From Azolla caroliniana (lineage: Eukaryota; Plantae; Polypodiophyta): 64,000 bases of DNA. Where the stretch lies: positions 16,988,001 to 17,052,000 of the forward strand of contig JBHGNT010000007.1 in NCBI GenBank assembly GCA_043228905.1, written 5' to 3'. The position numbers were made by a program, and so were the translations under genes. Of the stretch, positions 58,473 through 64,000 are shown in pieces; position 1 is the stretch's first letter; each line of letters opens with the position of its first letter. The notes beneath the pieces were generated by a model. It was not told where the DNA came from, searched no databases, and saw only the letters and a program-made list of their open reading frames with translations.

Positions 58473-60079
58473 ATAATTTTGACATATCCTTGGGCGCTGT
58501 CCAAGAGGATGAGACGCCAACGTGACGGGTTCAACTGTCATCACTTGAAACTTTTATGGTAGGACGTTTCTTCGCGCTCGGAGGTTGGACATTGTTTGGT
58601 GGACGAGATGTCGATTTCGGCCGACGTGGCGGGTTCAACTTCCGTCCCTTGAAACGTTTATGGTAGGACATTTCTTTCTGCTCAGAGGTTGGAATTAGAA
58701 TCGGAAAAATCCATCGCAATGCTCGTAACTTAGCCTTTGTATTGACTTCATGAGTTTTCGGATGTGATGGGTTGATGATTCATTATACGCCGATTTCGCC
58801 AAAATTCATGTAATTTTGTGTCCCAAGCTTAGAATTTTGGGCCGAAAATTCCACACGATTCACGTGGTGAAGCCTTTATATTAGATCCTGAAACAAGGAT
58901 TTGTAGAAACAATAAAAAGAAGATATAATATAATAAAATTTTGTTAGCAATAGTAAGTTTATGAGGGTGTGTGATCACAATGAGAATATTCTCGACGCCA
59001 TTACATGGAGTGAACAAGAGACAAAAGAAGGACAAGAACATAGGAGTATATGTAGAGGGTAAAATCACAAGTAGAGCTCCAGGGGAGATCCTTGAGTTTT
59101 GGAGCAACATCCCAACGAATGATGACCATGTCGCCTTTTCTCGATGTTGGTCTTGCATGTCATGGACATAGGCCACGGAAGATGGCAAGGATTGAACCCA
59201 AGACCTCATGGTCTCAATTGGGAAACCCTACCAATTGAGCTACATATACATCCTCATATTAAATCCAACTTCATATGTATTATCCCTTAGGCTGGACAAG
59301 CCCTAACACAGGGTGTCCCTATGGAACACTTCACCAAAGGGTGGTACGGGGAGATATGGATAAATTGTGGTATCAAATGGCTCTTAACTGATTACTAACC
59401 GGCACTGTTAATGATTGTAATACACACATAAGAGTAATTATATTAAGCACAAGATGGTAAACAAATAGATACTAAATACTACGTAAAATAACAACACTTC
59501 TATTAATGATCCGTCGTTGATTACATTCTTGCCGGGTCCTTTTATAGGTCTCCGACTGAGTTACAACCGGCAACGATCCGGTCCGGATCCGAATTGGCAA
59601 ACCGATTCTGGGTCCGTCCGTCCGGTTTCAAAATCACATAATAACATAATTAAACCCTAAACCCTAAACCCAAAACCCAAAACCCAATGCTTAATATAAT
59701 TACTCTTACATGCGTAAGAGTAATTATATTAAGCACAGGATGGTAAACAAATAGATACTAAATACTACGTAAAATAACAACACTTCTATTAATGATCCGT
59801 CGTTGATTACATTCTTGCTGGGTCCTTTTATAGGTCTCCGACTGAGTTACAACCGGCAACAATCCGGTCCGGATCCGAATTGGCATACTGATTTTGCGTC
59901 TGTCCGTCTGCTTTCAAAATCACATAATAACATAATTAAATCCTTATTAATGTCAACTCCCTATTCCTAATTAAACATCCCTTTCACATTCTGGACTCTA
60001 ACTGGCCCTTTGTCCTTGCCGGCCAACACATGGCATACCTGTGGGACAGTACATTGTACATCGAACCCACGGTTAGCCC

Positions 60080-63000
60080 TTTATCAATCGTCTGTTAAAA
60101 TGTCCAGAATGCTTTGGTCCAAGGGTTCTAGAGGTTCTTCGGGTAGTTGCTCCGTTTGTTGTGGTGGTTGTTGTTGCTGTTGCTCTTCAGCCTACTCTTC
60201 CTTTCTGGCTTCAGTCCCTTCTTGCTCCAGTCCCTCCGGGCTTCCGTCTCCGGCTCATATGTTCTGGGCTCCTCCCGCTCCTGACGCCTGGCTTGCACTA
60301 GCTCTTTCGGGTCCGCTATCTTCAGTTGCTCTTCTTGGGCTACTTTTGGCTGGCTTCCTTTGGTTTCAACTACATTCGACGCCTGCTCCGGAGATTTCTC
60401 TTTGTCACTAATGTTAATTGCCGCTGTTCTTGTAGTCTCCATTTGCTGTCTCCGCTCCCGTTTGTATCGCTCGAACTGGAGTTGGGTATCCAGTTGGTCG
60501 TCATCCAGCTATTCCACTAGCCGGCCCACCGCCACCAGTTGCTCTCCGGCCAAGGACAAGAAGTCATCCAATAACTCCTCCTGTATGGTCACAACGCTTT
60601 CCGCGTCCAGTTTGTAGAAGTTATCATCGTCCTTTTGCTGGTTCTCCACATCCGCTCGCCGGACCTGCAACTCGGCTGCTTGCTTTGCCCATTTGGACCA
60701 CCAGTGTACTGAACTGTCTTCCACTAACTTCTTCATCCGGTCCCTCCATGTCACTACAATATCTCGAATACGATTAAGTCCCATCTTTGACTTCTCCTCT
60801 GCGGCCTGCTTTTCTTCCTTTAATTGCTTTATGAGGATCGCGGTTGCCTCAGCTTGTCCCTGATACTGCATCAGTTGCGTCTGATAAGTCGTCTAAACTC
60901 TGTTTAGAGCCATCTTTGCTTGTTCCATCTCCTCATGATGTTGCCGGGTAAGCTCCATTTTGTCCTTCACCGCTTCTGCGAGCATCTTTGCCACTTCGAC
61001 TCCCTTGGTCCTTTCTTCCACCAATGCCGTTGCCGTCCTGTTGACTTCATCCCGGTTCCCGCATCTTTTCTGGCTGCTGGTCACCTTTTGTCATCAATTT
61101 CTTGTGTTCTGCCTCTAGGTGCTTGTGATTCTGGTGCAACCTATCAAAATCCTCCATTTTCTGTTTCAACCTCTGATTGATTTGGCATCGGATTCGGTCC
61201 TCATGGTCCTTCTGTTGCCGGAGTTCTTCTTGTAGTCGCTCAATCTCGACTTCCACTGATCGCTGGAGTTTGTCCTTTTCTTGCAACAACTTGGCTTTTT
61301 CTTCCTTCAATCGGTCATATGCTTGATGACCTTTCCGTAGATTGTCCTCGGTTTTTCAGAGGTTTTCTGCCGTTTTCCGTTGTTCTTCCTCCGCCGCCTT
61401 CTTCAGGTCTCGTTCTCTAGCCCTTAAGGCCTCTTGGGCTGCCAATTCTTCTCTAAGAGTGGCTAGTTCTTGTTCTTGTGCCTTATTTGTATCTAGTGCT
61501 ATTTCCGTTACCGGCGTCTTATTGGTTTGTTCATTCTCCGGGGCCAAAGGTTTCTTGACCGAGCTTTCTCAAGTTCTTTGGTTGTGGCGAACAACTGGTT
61601 CCCTTGTGCTCTCTCCTCCATTTCTAATTGGCACACGACCCCGACCACCTGCTCGCCTATTCACTGTAGCCACTGACTGCCGGTGCCTTTTAGTCGTGCC
61701 GGTGTCGCATTGTTACGAGCGTGCGTGTAGAAGGGGCGGGACCACGGGGGTCTCGGACTAGGGAGTAGAGGAGAAGGAATAAGATAGGATATGGAGGCTT
61801 AGCTCAAGAGGAGAAGAAGAAGAATAAGATCATGACATAGAAGGAGAGATCGGCCAAGGCAAGATACTCAACAAGATATATTAAAACAAACGAATGATTA
61901 CAACAATGGTGGCCGCGTGGGCCGCACCAAATGACTATGAGAAAACCCTAACCGAGGGTGAATAAGGAAACCCTAAACGAAACCCTAACCCTAAACAGTA
62001 AGAACTCTAGACTAAGTGGTATACCTTTCATACGCAAAATAGGCAACCCCTTCATAAGTGACCCCTCCCTTCCTTTTATAGCCCAAGGAGGGAGGGACCT
62101 TACAACGTGGGATGAAATTTCCCCTCTTATTTCTATACACCATTTCCTAGTAATCGTGTGCACATGTTGCACACCACCGATTTGCCCTTTCCACCCCGGT
62201 TTTCGCCTATGGACGAAAATCTTCACGACACCGGTTTTGGTTGTGGCATGACCTCTATTCTCGCCGGAAGCCCTTTTTGGATTGCTGACTGTAGCGGTAA
62301 CTCTTGCTCTTGCTGTGCCTACTGCCCTAGTGAGGTAGGCAATTCGATTACCGGTTCTTGGACCATCAACACTGTTGCTTCTTGCCGCACAGGTAACTCT
62401 TTCCTCGGTTCTGGTTGAGCCGATTCCGCCTCCTTTTTTGGCTCTAGTCCCTCGGAACGGGGTGTCAGTGTGCTGTCCTTCACCGGACCCAATTCGTCCC
62501 CCTTCTGATCTGCGTTGCTACGCTTCTGGCGACGTAGGAGATTATCGATGGGGTCTTCCTCCGCCTCCTCCTCTTGGGTTCTGATATTGATCTTCATTGC
62601 CAAGGGGTCCGACTCTTGTTCCATTTGGCACAACTTGATTTTAAGAGGCTTTACTGGTGGCTCTACTAGTGTCTCTGTCTTCTGCTTGCCTCTTCCGCTA
62701 GGTGGTTCTTTCCCTTGCTGCGAGGTACTGCCCTCTTTCCATCCAGGCGTGTGCTTGGCCAAGAGTTGTTGCCGTTTTGAAGGTTTGTTGGGCATGGTCT
62801 CCATTACTTGAACCCGCTTCTTAGTCCTTACCGGCTCCACTGGTGGCGCCAAAAGAGTCAGCCATTGAGCCACGACCGTTCATAATTTCTTGCCGTTTTG
62901 CACGGATTCTATCGTTGTCCGCAAGCAACCGGCGATGATTACTGACCAATCCACTTGCACCCTTGTGTATGTAGCAATGATGACACCAACTTTGTTCTTT

Positions 63001-63353
63001 GGCATTGCTGGGGGTCGGGGGTACACAAACCCATACTCGTGGAGGACACGAGCCACTTCTCTGAACAGGGGGTCCTCGCCGCCCTGTGTTTGGTGAGCCT
63101 TACTAGTGAGGGAATACTCGCCAAAAAACTTGGTTAGCGTTTCAGGAGAAGGGTTCTCGATGGAGTAGATGCCCCCTTCCGGCAGTCCGATTAGAGCGCG
63201 GATGGCTTCCTCTGTTATGACTTCCGTGTCGATTTTTTGCAAGACTTCTTCTGCTTTGTCGTGCGGCGGCGCCTCTGCTATTCTCAGGAAGCCTCCCAAC
63301 CCATGTTGGTTGAACCATTTCTTGGCTGTTTCGGAAAGTGCCATCGGTTCCAT
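60080..63353 (-). pseudogene. Extra 3' ORF of element F, broken by frameshifts, stops and a solo LTR
   Basis: Collinear homology with 21924-24593 (DTEVITEEAIRAL.GLPEGGI, LHEYG.VYPRPP.MPKN, ELAAQEALRARERDLK, WWSKWA). Confidence 0.85.
61703..62230 (-). mobile_element. Solo LTR of the tRNA-Trp lineage
   Basis: TGTCG...CGACA termini, 4-bp TSD CCGG. Minus-strand start TGTCGTGAAGATTTTCGTCCATAGGCG resembles the element B LTR start, and the other end resembles the element E LTR. Confidence 0.9.
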
Positions 63354-64000
63354 CTCGTCGTCTGGTTCTGCGAGGGTGGGTAGGGCCGATGTGCTTCTTG
63401 CATCCGTTTGTTCACTTGTATTGTCCTTTGTGCGCTCAGTGCTCGGTGTTTGCGAAATGAAAGAGACTCTGCGAGGCGGAGGTTTTGTGTTCCCATGCTT
63501 GGTGCCTTTCTCGATTCCCGTGCATGCACGTTGTGTACTATAATAACAATTGTGTGACACGTGGTGCGCTTTAACTAGGCTTTAAATAGCCACTACACAC
63601 CTTTTCGAGGTGTCCTTCGTTCCTCGCCTCTGCACGATGATCTCTCTCTCTCCTTTTTTTTAGTTCCGGTTACCTGGTAACCCCAGCTCCCTTGTCTGTT
63701 TTTCTTCATGGTTGCCGGCCAACTGTTTGCCGCTGCCTATTTCCGCATTGTTCTCCGGTTGATGAAACGGGTTCTATGGCATGGGTCCATAATATGGTTT
63801 AAGTCGGAACCCATTTACCCACTTGTCCAGCACCTCGCCGGCTTGCATTCCCAGCTGATATGAGCCGTTGAACTCTCTCGTTATCCAATATGGTCCGGTC
63901 CATCAGAACTATAGCTTCCCTGACATTTTGTTCATTCGGGTCTGGAACACTAGTACTGGCTTGCTGATTCCAAACATCTTCTCGTTACCCTTCCGGTGGT

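Larger units (their letters stand above)
59276..64000 (-). mobile_element. Element F: 3' part of a second, diverged Athila-like element related to A (integrase end, extra ORF, inverted PBS, 3' LTR ~59276-60028)
   Basis: The LTR shares GGACAAG.CCTAACAC..GGTGTC and ACACTTCACCAAAGGGTG with A. INT C-terminus (WTGPYWITRE, WVNGFRLKPY) at 63700-64000. Extra ORF MEPMALSETAKKWF at ~63353. The element runs off the window. Confidence 0.9.

Noticed and set aside
59652-59686. Telomere or chromosome-fusion site
   Set aside because: Only about five degenerate units inside an LTR.

Overview
Plant nuclear DNA. The transposon families suggest a non-seed land plant such as a fern, but that is inference. Two host genes are supported: a 14-exon tandem-BRCT plus C-terminal BAH protein (4021-18370, minus) and a two-exon RING-HC E3 ligase (42443-46122, plus). 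Most of the rest is nested transposons. (A) An Athila-like Ty3/gypsy element (21453-38653) with a long extra 3' ORF, plus a diverged relative (F, 59276 to window end). (B) A very young, intact-looking Ty3/gypsy element of a fungal-like lineage nested in A, with a tRNA-Trp PBS, 4-bp TSD and a -1 frameshift/pseudoknot; a gag-only partner (E) and a solo LTR of the same lineage also occur. There are also Tcn1-like chromoviruses (C, D and a truncated copy), Copia and LINE remnants, and hAT MITEs. Top finding: both Athila-like copies lack a polypurine tract at the 3' LTR and instead carry an inverted, bipartite tRNA-Arg(UCU)-binding site 2 nt from the LTR, suggesting tRNA-primed plus-strand synthesis (a dual-PBS retrotransposon). 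Second finding: antisense tRNA-like A-box/B-box cassettes recur in the U3 of several different LTR families. tRNA identities and family assignments come from recalled sequences and motifs, not from database searches.
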